Positions 44,741 to 53,226 are shown, counted from the stretch's first letter. The stretch: DNA of 53,729 bases from Nanobdellota archaeon (GCA_022564635.1 JADFLA010000003.1:1-53729); one strand, 5' to 3'. The notes: generated by a model from the sequence alone, not told the origin. Numbers and translations are program-made.

Positions 44741-44902
44741 AGCCTCTGGGGAGAATTGCACTCCCGACCTTTGCCTATTTGGACTGACGTCCTAATCCTT
44801 CAAGCAAAGCTTGAAGTTACCAAGGCTTTACGGAATTGAAGAAACCCTTCAAATCTAACGCAATTTGTAGGACATAAAGCCTAACTACTATGCTACAGAG
44901 GC
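44741..44902 (-). tRNA. tRNA-Thr(GGU) with three introns: end of D-loop before A21 (44865-44882), 28/29 (44827-44856), 37/38 (44777-44817)
   Basis: Removing 18+30+41 nt gives 73 nt: GCCUCUG UA GCAU AGUAGUUA UUGC G UUGCC UUGGUAA GGCAA AGGUC GGGAG UGCAAUU CUCCC CAGAGGC U. BHB helices GUAG/CUAC, UGCG/CGUA and UUGG/CCAA. Confidence 0.85.
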
Positions 44903-44973
44903 ATTAAATAAATTAAAAACAACGAATTATTGTTTGATATTTAAAAATTGCTAAAAATTATAAGAATAAAAAA

Positions 44974-45118
44974 TGCGAGGGAGGGGATTCGAACCCCCGG
45001 ATCCACTAAGGAACAGGATATCTTCCTTACATCAGAAGTGTTCCGTTATGGAATAGTTCTGGTCTTAAGTTTCGCACTAAATAGACCTGCGCGTTTAACC
45101 AGGCTTCGCTACCCTCGC
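44974..45118 (-). tRNA. tRNA-Leu(UAA) with two introns: 30/31 (45071-45085) and 37/38 (45020-45063)
   Basis: Removing 15+44 nt gives an 86-nt type II cloverleaf with CAGGA CUUAAGA UCCUG and A73. The first intron has a perfect CGCA/UGCG central helix. Confidence 0.87.
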
Positions 45119-45238
45119 ATATTATAAGTAATAAAGAATTAAAGACGATATTTAAACATTACTAATTAAAAAAGATTAATTAATTCATTATTTTATTTAT
45201 TAAAAATATTAATGATTAAAATATAGAATAATGGAATT

Positions 45239-45757
45239 TTAACTAACTTTCATTTTAGACAAATTGAAAAAAGCCTTGAGTCTTTTATGCAGATCGTAGC
45301 AATCTTCATAAACAATGCTTTCATGCATTTCTGCTCCTGAATGTCCTACATTCCAGATGTACTTATCAAACAATGTTCTTAAAAATTGAAATAATGGGGC
45401 CTGTGTCCAACGACTTGTGAGGCTTGTCTCAATAAACCCATCAATAACTATTAAAACATCTGCTTGGTTTATTTTAACTGTATGGCCTTTTTTCTTTATT
45501 TTAACTTCTTTTACATTGTTAAACAAAGCCCGTAATATGACTAAATGCTTTACTTCACTGGTAAGGTCCTTAAAAGCTTCTATTACCCATTCTATTTTTT
45601 TCCCTTTTTGCATGACATCTTCAGATTTTCTTTTTAAGTCTTTTTGCAGGCCTTTTTCCTCCATCCATTTCTCTACTTCAGCATAAAAATCTTCTATTGA
45701 TAAAGGTCCATTGTAACTTAATCTTAAGTCAAATACAATATGTTTTTTCTCTACCAT
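45239..45757 (-). CDS. Unknown protein, paralogous triad member 3
   Basis: SYNGP...IEW...IDG...RW..LFQFLRTLFDKY. Start reassigned to MVEKK at 45757. Confidence 0.8.
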   Translation of the reverse strand: MVEKKHIVFDLRLSYNGPLSIEDFYAEVEKWMEEKGLQKDLKRKSEDVMQKGKKIEWVIEAFKDLTSEVKHLVILRALFNNVKEVKIKKKGHTVKINQADVLIVIDGFIETSLTSRWTQAPLFQFLRTLFDKYIWNVGHSGAEMHESIVYEDCYDLHKRLKAFFNLSKMKVS

Positions 45758-45758
45758 T

Positions 45759-46301
45759 TTAATGAACTGAAACAAATGGTGGTACTCTTGATACAACCTT
45801 GTAATGTTTGTAAATATTAAAGAATCGTTCTATTGTATCATATAAATGATGCATATCATAACTTAATCTTTGCTCAAATCTTTCTGTATAAACTTTATAT
45901 AAAAAATTGTTGTAAATAGATCTTAAAAATTGGAAAAATGGATAGCCTTCCCATCTTTGTGATTCGTCTAGCTCCATATAACCATCAATATAAATTGTTG
46001 CTTGGCCATTTCCAACCTTAATTTTTTTATTATCTACGACTGCATCAACCTTATTGTAGTTCTTAACTATAATTCTTACTTTTGGCCAGTACCTTACATA
46101 ATCGGTTATTCTTTTCCAAGGCTTTATCTGCCATTCCATGTGCTTTCCAGTTTTTGTATTTTGCTCAAACTCTTTTTCTATAATCAAATCCCATCCTCTC
46201 TCTTTGAGGAAAGCGGTTATGTGCTTAAACAAAGCATTAGCGTCAAAGGGTCCAGAGTAATTTAGCCTCAAATGATCAACAACTAATCTTAGCTCTGACA
46301 T
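45759..46301 (-). CDS. Unknown protein, paralogous triad member 2
   Basis: NYSGPFD...MEW...IDG...RW..FFQFLRSIYNNF. Confidence 0.8.
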   Translation of the reverse strand: MSELRLVVDHLRLNYSGPFDANALFKHITAFLKERGWDLIIEKEFEQNTKTGKHMEWQIKPWKRITDYVRYWPKVRIIVKNYNKVDAVVDNKKIKVGNGQATIYIDGYMELDESQRWEGYPFFQFLRSIYNNFLYKVYTERFEQRLSYDMHHLYDTIERFFNIYKHYKVVSRVPPFVSVH

Positions 46302-46302
46302 T

Positions 46303-46866
46303 TTATCTTACTTTGTGGAAATATCTATGCTCAAAACCTTCTGATTCCATCTTTAATCTTTCTTTAATCTGAGATTGTAGCTTTAATAAAACATTATAAT
46401 GCATATTATCCCACCATAAGGCTTCTACCTTTTTCCATATAACATACTTATGGTAAAAATTTCTTAGATTAGCGTAGAAGGCATTTTCTTCCCATCTCCT
46501 TTCGTAGTCCGTTTCTACACGGCCTCTAAATTGTATCCTTATTCTTCCTTTGGTAAAAGTTCTTTTACTTCCATCTTTCATAACAACTTCTGTATCCTGG
46601 GTATCGAATGTATGCAGATAGATAGTGACTACAAACCTATAATATTCCTCTACATCTCTTCTTGCTTCCCATACGTGTTGCACATCTGCACCAAACGGAC
46701 CTGGTTTTTTAAATATGTAACGCATCTCATAAAACTTAAATTTCTGCCTGTGAAAAAAAGAAGCTACAAATTCATATAAATCCTGCATATCCCATACTCC
46801 TTTGTATTGGATATATGTAGCCCATGTTGGAACTTCTTTATGTATAAATGGTAATGGGTCAACCAT
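46303..46866 (-). CDS. Unknown protein, paralogous triad member 1
   Basis: QYKGVWD...HVW...FRG...RW..FYANLRNFYHKY. Confidence 0.8.
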   Translation of the reverse strand: MVDPLPFIHKEVPTWATYIQYKGVWDMQDLYEFVASFFHRQKFKFYEMRYIFKKPGPFGADVQHVWEARRDVEEYYRFVVTIYLHTFDTQDTEVVMKDGSKRTFTKGRIRIQFRGRVETDYERRWEENAFYANLRNFYHKYVIWKKVEALWWDNMHYNVLLKLQSQIKERLKMESEGFEHRYFHKVR

Positions 46867-46915
46867 AAGAAAAATCTGGTATAGAATATATTTAAATGTT
46901 TTGGAAATCTAAATG

Positions 46916-47467
46916 TTATAATTCAATTTCCTGTTTAGAACAGTCTTCACAAAGAACAGTTCCATTTAGTTCTTTTACTTTTTCAGAATATTCTCCACAT
47001 GTTTGGCAGATGCCTTCTGTTGGTATTATCCTATTTATTGGTTTTCTGCTCTCTTCCCTTAGCTCGAATTTTTCAACTATCAAATCAAAAAGCTGCGGTT
47101 CTATTTTAAGAATATCTTTTATTGTTAGTAGACCAACCATTTCGTTGTTCTCTACAACTGGTAGATGTCTGATGTTGTTATCTCTCATTTTTATAAGTGC
47201 ATCATAAATATCTGTATTTGGGGAAATTGTGATTAAATTTTTTTCCATAAGGCCTCTAACATTTTCATTCACATCAAAACCGCGGGCCACGGCTTTTCTT
47301 ACAATATCCTGCTCCGTCAATATGCCCAAAGAATTCCAATCTTTAACAACAACAGCACCAACATGTTTCTCTGACATTATTTTAGCACATTCCAGTAAAG
47401 ATATATCTGGGCTCACAGAAACAGGGTTTATTGTCATAGCATCCGCAACTTTAAAACCGGATTTCAT
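46916..47467 (-). CDS. CBS-pair protein with C-terminal zinc ribbon
   Basis: Two CBS repeats (VADAM, GILTEQD, IRHLPVV, GLLTIKDIL); CQTC...CEDC. Confidence 0.9.
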   Translation of the reverse strand: MKSGFKVADAMTINPVSVSPDISLLECAKIMSEKHVGAVVVKDWNSLGILTEQDIVRKAVARGFDVNENVRGLMEKNLITISPNTDIYDALIKMRDNNIRHLPVVENNEMVGLLTIKDILKIEPQLFDLIVEKFELREESRKPINRIIPTEGICQTCGEYSEKVKELNGTVLCEDCSKQEIEL

Positions 47468-47544
47468 TCTATAACTTAATTAGTTTTTAGGATTTATAAA
47501 TTTATTGATTTCAAAATGAAGTTTTATTTTTTAATTTAGAAAAA

Positions 47545-47619
47545 TGGGGCGACTGGCGAGAATCGAACTCGCGCAACAAGATCCACAGTCTTGTATTCTA
47601 CCACTAAATTACAGCCGCC
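47545..47619 (-). tRNA. tRNA-His(GUG), intronless, with encoded G-1 and CCA
   Basis: G GCGGCUG...CAAGA CUGUGGA UCUUG...CGAG UUCGAUU CUCG C CAGUCGC C CCA. Confidence 0.95.
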
Positions 47620-47671
47620 ATAATCATTAGAACAAACTTTTACCTTATAAATCTTTTGTGATTAATTTTTT

Positions 47672-47813
47672 AGGCTGTGCCAGAGCGGACTGGAGGCAAA
47701 ATGGGCTACCATGATATCATTTTTTAATAATATTTGGTTCACAACACGCACCATTTTAATTAATATCTTTTTGTGCTTCTTCCCACCCACCTCCCCTAAG
47801 TTAGGCACAGCCT
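47672..47813 (-). ncRNA. Unidentified structured RNA, copy 2 (paralogue at 5168-5377)
   Basis: Terminal stem AGGCUGUGCC/GGCACAGCCU; same conserved blocks as copy 1; G-U-rich inner stems on the minus strand. Confidence 0.65.
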
Positions 47814-48302
47814 TTATTTTTTCAAAAAAATCTGATAGAAAATATAAGGGAGTATAAAAGCTATAGAATAGACGGCTCCTATTATTATAGGATTTTGCGG
47901 GCTTTCTATCCCTATTAATTTTTTCATGTTATTTGAGATGATAATGAAATTTATTACAGCAATAATTGGGATTATAATACCTAAAAATAAATGGTGTTTG
48001 ATTTCTAAATTCTCTATACTCCTAATTAATAATTCAAACAATAAACCAAAGGCGAAACCTAGAGTGATTATTACAAGATAAAGCTGCTGGCCTTTTAATG
48101 TAATAAGTACTGGAATTAATGAGATTGAAATGATGAGGTTTCCTATCATTGTTATTAACAAAGAAAACCAATAAACAAACTTGTCAAGAACTTTTATTTT
48201 TGGGTGCTTATTCTTTTTTGCTTTTTCTATTATTCTTATGGTTTTATTTATGTCTTTTTTGCTCCATCCTTTTTCAACAAGGTATTTTTTTATGTTCTTC
48301 AT
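47814..48302 (-). CDS. Hypothetical membrane protein (4 TM)
   Basis: Basic N-terminus followed by four hydrophobic helices; operonic with upstream genes. Confidence 0.75.
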   Translation of the reverse strand: MKNIKKYLVEKGWSKKDINKTIRIIEKAKKNKHPKIKVLDKFVYWFSLLITMIGNLIISISLIPVLITLKGQQLYLVIITLGFAFGLLFELLIRSIENLEIKHHLFLGIIIPIIAVINFIIISNNMKKLIGIESPQNPIIIGAVYSIAFILPYIFYQIFLKK

Positions 48303-48766
48303 TATTCTTCTTCCTTGCCTTCAATAATTCTCTCTACATAATTTATAAAATTTTTTGCAGTTTCATAATACTCCTTCAAAACATCTATGTTCACTTCTAC
48401 CACTTCTCCATTGCCTATTGTACAGGTCATTGTAACATGTCTCCTAAATTCTTCCCTTTTACTATAATCTGCTCTAGTTATCTTCCTTAGTCTCAAATAA
48501 AGACTCATGTATTCGATAAGTTCTTGATCTGTAAAAGTTTTAGTTAATAATTCAGAATCCAATGTCGGATTATTAGGTATATTATCTATCATTTTTTGTT
48601 CTTTTGCAAATTTAAGCATAGATTCTATTCCAAAAGAAAATGTACTTATCAGTCTTTCAATCATGTGCTTCATCATATCAGCAGTACGTGTGTATTTTAA
48701 ACTCACATAGAACAAGTGGTCAACTCTCTTTAATTCTTCCTTTGCGTTATCTAAGGCTTCTTTCAT
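48302..48766 (-). CDS. Helical protein, probable HEPN-like fold (paralogue B)
   Basis: AKEELKRVDH first helix, REEFRRH (Rx5H), YYETAKNFI last helix. Confidence 0.55.
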   Translation of the reverse strand: MKEALDNAKEELKRVDHLFYVSLKYTRTADMMKHMIERLISTFSFGIESMLKFAKEQKMIDNIPNNPTLDSELLTKTFTDQELIEYMSLYLRLRKITRADYSKREEFRRHVTMTCTIGNGEVVEVNIDVLKEYYETAKNFINYVERIIEGKEEE

Positions 48767-48771
48767 TTTAA

Positions 48772-49257
48772 TTACCTAAATATAGATTCATCTTTACTTA
48801 CAATAGTGGAAATGTTTTTTATAAATAATTTTGCTTTTTGCACGTAATTATGAATCATATTTGCTGATATGGTTTTCATTCTATAATTGCCATTGCAGAT
48901 AATTAAACTATCATTCCTTGAGAATTCCATAGGGCTTTTTTTATGGGACACTATTATTTCTTTTATATCTTGGATTATTTTTAGATGTTCGCTATCTATG
49001 TTGTATCTCTTTGAGCATTCATCCCTGAACATCTCAAACTTGCCTGCAAAATTATCTGGAAATTGGGGTATGCGCTTAAATAGCTGTTCATAATAAAGCA
49101 AAGAATTCATACCATAAGTAAATGCGAGAAATAGATTTTCTATAGAAGAAAGGAGTAATCTGGGATCTTTAACCATTGGATAAGTCATTGTTAATATGTG
49201 GTCTGCAAGCTTAAGTTTTTTGTCTGCTGCGTCCCTTAATTCCTGAAATTTTTCCAT
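48772..49257 (-). CDS. Helical protein, probable HEPN-like fold (paralogue A)
   Basis: ADKKLKLADH first helix, MEFSRN, YVQKAKLFI last helix; similar to its neighbour. Confidence 0.55.
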   Translation of the reverse strand: MEKFQELRDAADKKLKLADHILTMTYPMVKDPRLLLSSIENLFLAFTYGMNSLLYYEQLFKRIPQFPDNFAGKFEMFRDECSKRYNIDSEHLKIIQDIKEIIVSHKKSPMEFSRNDSLIICNGNYRMKTISANMIHNYVQKAKLFIKNISTIVSKDESIFR

Positions 49258-49313
49258 AAATGATGATATAGTACAGAAGTTTAAATATTTTGTTGAAAAA
49301 TTTTAGACTATTT

Positions 49314-49655
49314 TTATTGCCCTTTTAGAGACATAATAGTCTTTGCCAAATCACCATCATTTTTTTCTATAGCTTCTTTTGCTTTTTCTTCTGTTGCTCC
49401 TGTTTGTTCCATGACTGTTTTAATGTCATCTTCATTTATTTCTAGTTCAGAAGAAATTGGATGCTCTTCAACTTGGCCAACAATCTGGAAAGTTTCCTGG
49501 CCCATCATGTTAACTTTGCTTACTTGAGGATTTTGTATTATAATCTCCTTATCATTTGTTTTTATTATGACTTCATTAGCTTCTATTTCTTCCTGCTTAA
49601 TCCCGAGCTTCTTCATCGCTCTTTGCATATCTCTTGGATTCATTCCTGGTATCAT
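49314..49655 (-). CDS. nac: Nascent polypeptide-associated complex protein
   Basis: PGMNPRDMQRAMKKLGI, NAC barrel (V.KVNMMGQETFQIVG), C-terminal UBA (EDDIKTVMEQTG...GDLAKTI). Confidence 0.95.
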   Translation of the reverse strand: MIPGMNPRDMQRAMKKLGIKQEEIEANEVIIKTNDKEIIIQNPQVSKVNMMGQETFQIVGQVEEHPISSELEINEDDIKTVMEQTGATEEKAKEAIEKNDGDLAKTIMSLKGQ

Positions 49656-49656
49656 T

Positions 49657-49833
49657 TTAAATTCCTAAAATACTGTACCCATAAGAGTATAGAAAAATCA
49701 TTATTACCATCACAACAAATGTCATAATTATTATATGTCCTGGCTTTATTCTTATCTTGCTTTTGTACTCGTCAAAGTACCTCATTAAGCCGCCCATACC
49801 AGAGGGCATTGTGATTCTGTTGTCTTGTGGCAT
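49657..49833 (-). CDS. secG: Preprotein translocase subunit Sec61beta (58 aa), not in the ORF track
   Basis: MPQDNRITMPSGMGGLMRYFDEYKSKIRIKPGHIIIMTFVVMVIMIFL: GL.RYF motif, P, then a TM helix. Confidence 0.9.
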   Translation of the reverse strand: MPQDNRITMPSGMGGLMRYFDEYKSKIRIKPGHIIIMTFVVMVIMIFLYSYGYSILGI

Positions 49834-49857
49834 TTTAATCTTTTAGTTTAAAAAATA

Positions 49858-50292
49858 GCAGGGTCAGAATAAGCCACCTTCTGTCAGACCGTAAGCAACA
49901 TAATTGCTATGATCTGTCTTAGCATTTAACTAAGCGTCTTGTAATGGCATGAACCCATTTCGACTTGCACCAGACAGGGCTCACCGTTTCATCCTTTCCT
50001 GAAAAAATGTCAAAAGGTTAACTCAAGTTTGTCACCAAACTTTTCGCGTTTATCATCCTCCAAGAAAATCTTAAGATTTTCTGGATCCAAAAAACACCAA
50101 GTGTTTTTTAGGATATTCCCAGGAGGTCTCGTTTCTGAGTGGTTGCCATCCATTACTGGATCTTGCTTTCGCAAGTGTCTATTAGGCAAAACCTAAGTGG
50201 GTGGACTTTCCTCAGCATTATAAAGCACGCCATAATTTGCTACGCAAATTAACAGCAAGTCAATAACACCGTCAGCTAAGTACTGACCCTAC
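49858..50292 (-). ncRNA. rnpB: RNase P RNA (archaeal type A)
   Basis: P1 GUAGGGUCAG/CUGACCCUGC, GAGGAAAGUCCACCC, GAAAC, GAUGAAACGG, GGUGCAAG and CAGAAGGUGGCUUAU. TATA box about 25 nt upstream. Confidence 0.93.
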
Positions 50293-50364
50293 AGTATAAA
50301 GTTAGGATATGCTGTTTATAAATTTAACCTTTTTTTTTCAATTTTAATTATTTTTTCTTTACTT

Positions 50365-51498
50365 TTATTTATTTAGTACAAAAATCTCATATTGCATTTT
50401 CCCACTAAAAACATTTCTTTCATCAAATATTTTAAATTTATATTTAGATGAATATTTTTTTACTAGATCTTTTTTTCCAATTAAAACTATATTTCCTTTT
50501 TTATTTAGGATAAACTCTGCCTGGTAAAAGAATTCGTTGTAGATATTGTTAATATCTTTTTGTTTTGATGGAGGCAATTTTGTAATTATTTTATCTATTT
50601 TGCCTTTCTCGAACTTTGTGTCTAGCCATTCTAAATCTATTCTACTGAAATTTATTTTTTTGTCTATGCCAGCTATCTTGCTATTTTTCTTTGTAGAGTT
50701 AAGATTTTTCATTGAGGAATCGATGTTATGTATTTTTAATTTTTGATCTAATATATTTTTATCCAACCTTTTAAAAAATTTTTCAAAATTAAAGTCCTTG
50801 AATTTGTCAAATTTTAAAAAAATGAATTTTTCTTTATTAAAGAAATTAATTGGAAAATTAGATGCAAACAAGGCAGCTTCTATTGGTATTGTTCCAGAAC
50901 CAGAAAAACAGTCCAATAGTGTTTCGTTTTTATTATAGTTAGATAATCTAACAAGAAAATAACCTATTGTACCCCTTATATCTGCAGAATTGGAGAAGAT
51001 TTTATATGATCTTTTGCTTAGATCAAAACCAGTAAAGTCTATGCAAACATAGCACTTTTTTTCTGTTAAATATGTAAAGATTATAACTTCAGGATCTTCG
51101 AGGTTGACTTTTTGTTTATAGTCATATTTTTTTTGAATATATTCTATAATTATTTCTCCGAATCTTTTTTCTATTTCTGGTGTTAATATATTATTATCAT
51201 AGTTTTTTAGGCATTTTACTCTAAATTGAATATTTTTACTTAACCAATCATTAAGTCTTATTTTTTCTAAATTTTTTTTGAAATCGTTGAAAAGGTTATT
51301 GTGATTAAATTCAAATAAAAAATAATGAATTCCTATAGCAGACTGTGATTTGTAGCATAATTCAAACAATTCCTCATATTTTTTAATATCAAAAACAATG
51401 CATGTCTCTTCTATCTTTGGGTTTTTTCCTATTAGTTCCTTTACTTCCAAAGCGGCTATATCTTCCATTCCTTTATGGGTAATTAAAAATCCTTTCAT
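50365..51498 (-). CDS. THUMP-domain RNA methyltransferase (UPF0020 / Trm14-RlmL-like)
   Basis: THUMP (FRVKC, VNLEDPE), LSKRSY, DCFSGSGTIPIEAA SAM-binding motif. Start reassigned to MKGFL at 51498. Confidence 0.88.
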   Translation of the reverse strand: MKGFLITHKGMEDIAALEVKELIGKNPKIEETCIVFDIKKYEELFELCYKSQSAIGIHYFLFEFNHNNLFNDFKKNLEKIRLNDWLSKNIQFRVKCLKNYDNNILTPEIEKRFGEIIIEYIQKKYDYKQKVNLEDPEVIIFTYLTEKKCYVCIDFTGFDLSKRSYKIFSNSADIRGTIGYFLVRLSNYNKNETLLDCFSGSGTIPIEAALFASNFPINFFNKEKFIFLKFDKFKDFNFEKFFKRLDKNILDQKLKIHNIDSSMKNLNSTKKNSKIAGIDKKINFSRIDLEWLDTKFEKGKIDKIITKLPPSKQKDINNIYNEFFYQAEFILNKKGNIVLIGKKDLVKKYSSKYKFKIFDERNVFSGKMQYEIFVLNK

Positions 51499-51678
51499 AT
51501 TGACATTTGATTTAGGGGTATTTATAAAAATGTTTATAATTAGCAAAACAATTCAATATTAAAATTCAATAAAACAATAATTAGAATTCAATAATGAAGA
51601 ACTCAATAAAAATAATTAATGATTAAAAAATACAATAGTAAAATTCCATAATAAAAATTAAATTAATAATAATTTAAA

Positions 51679-52080
51679 ATGAAGAAAATATTATTAGACA
51701 CGAATTTTTTGATGCTCAGTGCTCAATTCAGAGTAGATATATTCTTAGAGATTGAAAGAATATGCAACTTTAACTATAAACTTTATGTTTTAGATAAAAC
51801 AATTGAAGAATTAAAAAACATTATCGAAACGCAAAAAGGGAAACATAAGGATGCTGCGAAGGTTGCTTTACAATTGTTGAAACTCGAGAAAGTTAATGTA
51901 ATAAAAACCAGTTCCAAAAAAAATACAGACGACATTATATTAGACTACGGCAAAAAAGACCATTTAGTGGCAACGCAAGACAAAGATTTAAAAAGAAAGC
52001 TTGTCAACCAAGGATGTAAGGTCATTATTTTAAAGCAAAAGAAGATACTTGCTATAATAAATGACAAGGGCTTTGTATGA
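51679..52080 (+). CDS. PIN-domain protein (Fcf1/Utp24-like) upstream of rpo7
   Basis: ILLDTNFL, EEL, TDDII and VATQDKDLK motifs; conserved position before rpoE1. Confidence 0.9.
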   Translation: MKKILLDTNFLMLSAQFRVDIFLEIERICNFNYKLYVLDKTIEELKNIIETQKGKHKDAAKVALQLLKLEKVNVIKTSSKKNTDDIILDYGKKDHLVATQDKDLKRKLVNQGCKVIILKQKKILAIINDKGFV

Positions 52081-52192
52081 AGTCCTCCAACGTGCAATTG
52101 GAAAGTACGCTGCTATTTTTAGCTTTTTATATTTGCACAAATTGGTAAAATAAGAGGGAAGGTTTATAAAATAACCTTTATATTTTAAGAAA

Positions 52193-52786
52193 ATGTATTA
52201 CAAAATAGAGTTGAAAGATCGGGTTAGAGTACCTCCAAAGCTATTTGATTTGGAGGTAAAGGAAGCTGTCATACAAAGTATAAAGAAGAAATACTCGGGT
52301 TATATTTCCAAGGATCTTGGCATTGTAATAGATGTTGCTGATGTAAAAGAGACAGGGGAAGGTGTTATAATACCTGGAGATGGGTCTTCTTATTACGAGG
52401 CAAAATTTGAGGTTTTGACATTTAAACCAGAATTGCAGGAGGTTGTTTTAGGTCGTATTCGGGATATAGTGGATTTTGGAGCCTTCATAACTTTAGGACC
52501 TATTGATGGGATGATACATGTTAGCCAGACAATGGATGACTTCGTAAGTTTCAGCAAGGAAAAAACTTTATCAGGTAAAGAAAGCAAAAAAACTCTAAAA
52601 ATCAATGATGTTTGCAGAGCAAGAATAATAGCTGTATCATTTAAGGATCCTCTAAACCCAAAATTAGGGCTTACAATGAGGCAACAAGGACTTGGAAGAC
52701 TGGATTGGATAGAAGAGGAAGAAGAAAAGCCTATTAAAAAAGAAGAAAAAAAGGAAATAAAGAAGCAAGCTAAAAAGAAAAAATGA
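52193..52786 (+). CDS. rpo7: DNA-directed RNA polymerase subunit Rpo7 (E')
   Basis: VRVPP, GEGVIIPGDG, FGAFITLGPIDGMIHVSQ, RARI and GLGRLDWI motifs. Confidence 0.96.
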   Translation: MYYKIELKDRVRVPPKLFDLEVKEAVIQSIKKKYSGYISKDLGIVIDVADVKETGEGVIIPGDGSSYYEAKFEVLTFKPELQEVVLGRIRDIVDFGAFITLGPIDGMIHVSQTMDDFVSFSKEKTLSGKESKKTLKINDVCRARIIAVSFKDPLNPKLGLTMRQQGLGRLDWIEEEEEKPIKKEEKKEIKKQAKKKK

Positions 52787-52795
52787 GAATTTAAG

Positions 52796-52830
52796 ATGAA
52801 AACATACTTACTATCGTTCGTAGCCTTCAT
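52796..52830 (-). repeat. Short dispersed intergenic repeat, copy B
   Basis: Reverse complement ATGAAGGCTACGAACG-A-TAGTAAGTATGTTTTCAT matches 2801-2844. Confidence 0.8.
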
Positions 52831-52899
52831 TTCGAATACAGTCACTAACGTTCCTGTATCCCTCTGGGATATTCATAATAACAGAAAGGTTGCTTAAAA

Positions 52900-53226
52900 A
52901 TGGAAGAAAAAGAAGAAAAAATACAAAAGCTTTACCTTGAATTTCAGGAACTGGATCAAAAGATTAAACAGCTTGAACAGCAAAACAGCCAATTAAGCAC
53001 CCAACTGACAGATTTGACAGCAACTGTCCAAAACCTAGATGATATAAAAAGTATAAAAAACGGGACAGAAATTCTTGTACCTATAAGCGGTGGAATATAC
53101 GCAAAAGCCGAGCTTAAGGATAGTAAAAAGTTCATTGTAAATGTAGGATCTAATATTACAACAGTAAAGGATGTAGATTCTACAAAAAACCTGATAGAAA
53201 CCCAAGTACGGAGTACCGACTCGTGA
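52900..53226 (+). CDS. pfdA: Prefoldin alpha subunit, C-terminally truncated at about 53208 by foreign DNA
   Basis: EILVPISGGIYAKAEL and IVNVGS motifs. The second coiled-coil helix is missing; the last codons (RSTDS*) come from the high-GC segment. Confidence 0.88.
   Translation: MEEKEEKIQKLYLEFQELDQKIKQLEQQNSQLSTQLTDLTATVQNLDDIKSIKNGTEILVPISGGIYAKAELKDSKKFIVNVGSNITTVKDVDSTKNLIETQVRSTDS

Noticed and set aside
424-52845. Many short antisense or overlapping ORFs in the track (e.g. 424-723, 11319-11696, 13475-13870, 32756-33133, 52393-52845)
   Set aside because: They are shadows of well-supported genes on the other strand, with no motifs or SD.
52787-52899. rpoE2/spt4 expected after rpo7
   Set aside because: No CxxC-containing ORF in the gap; it holds the short repeat and small hairpins.
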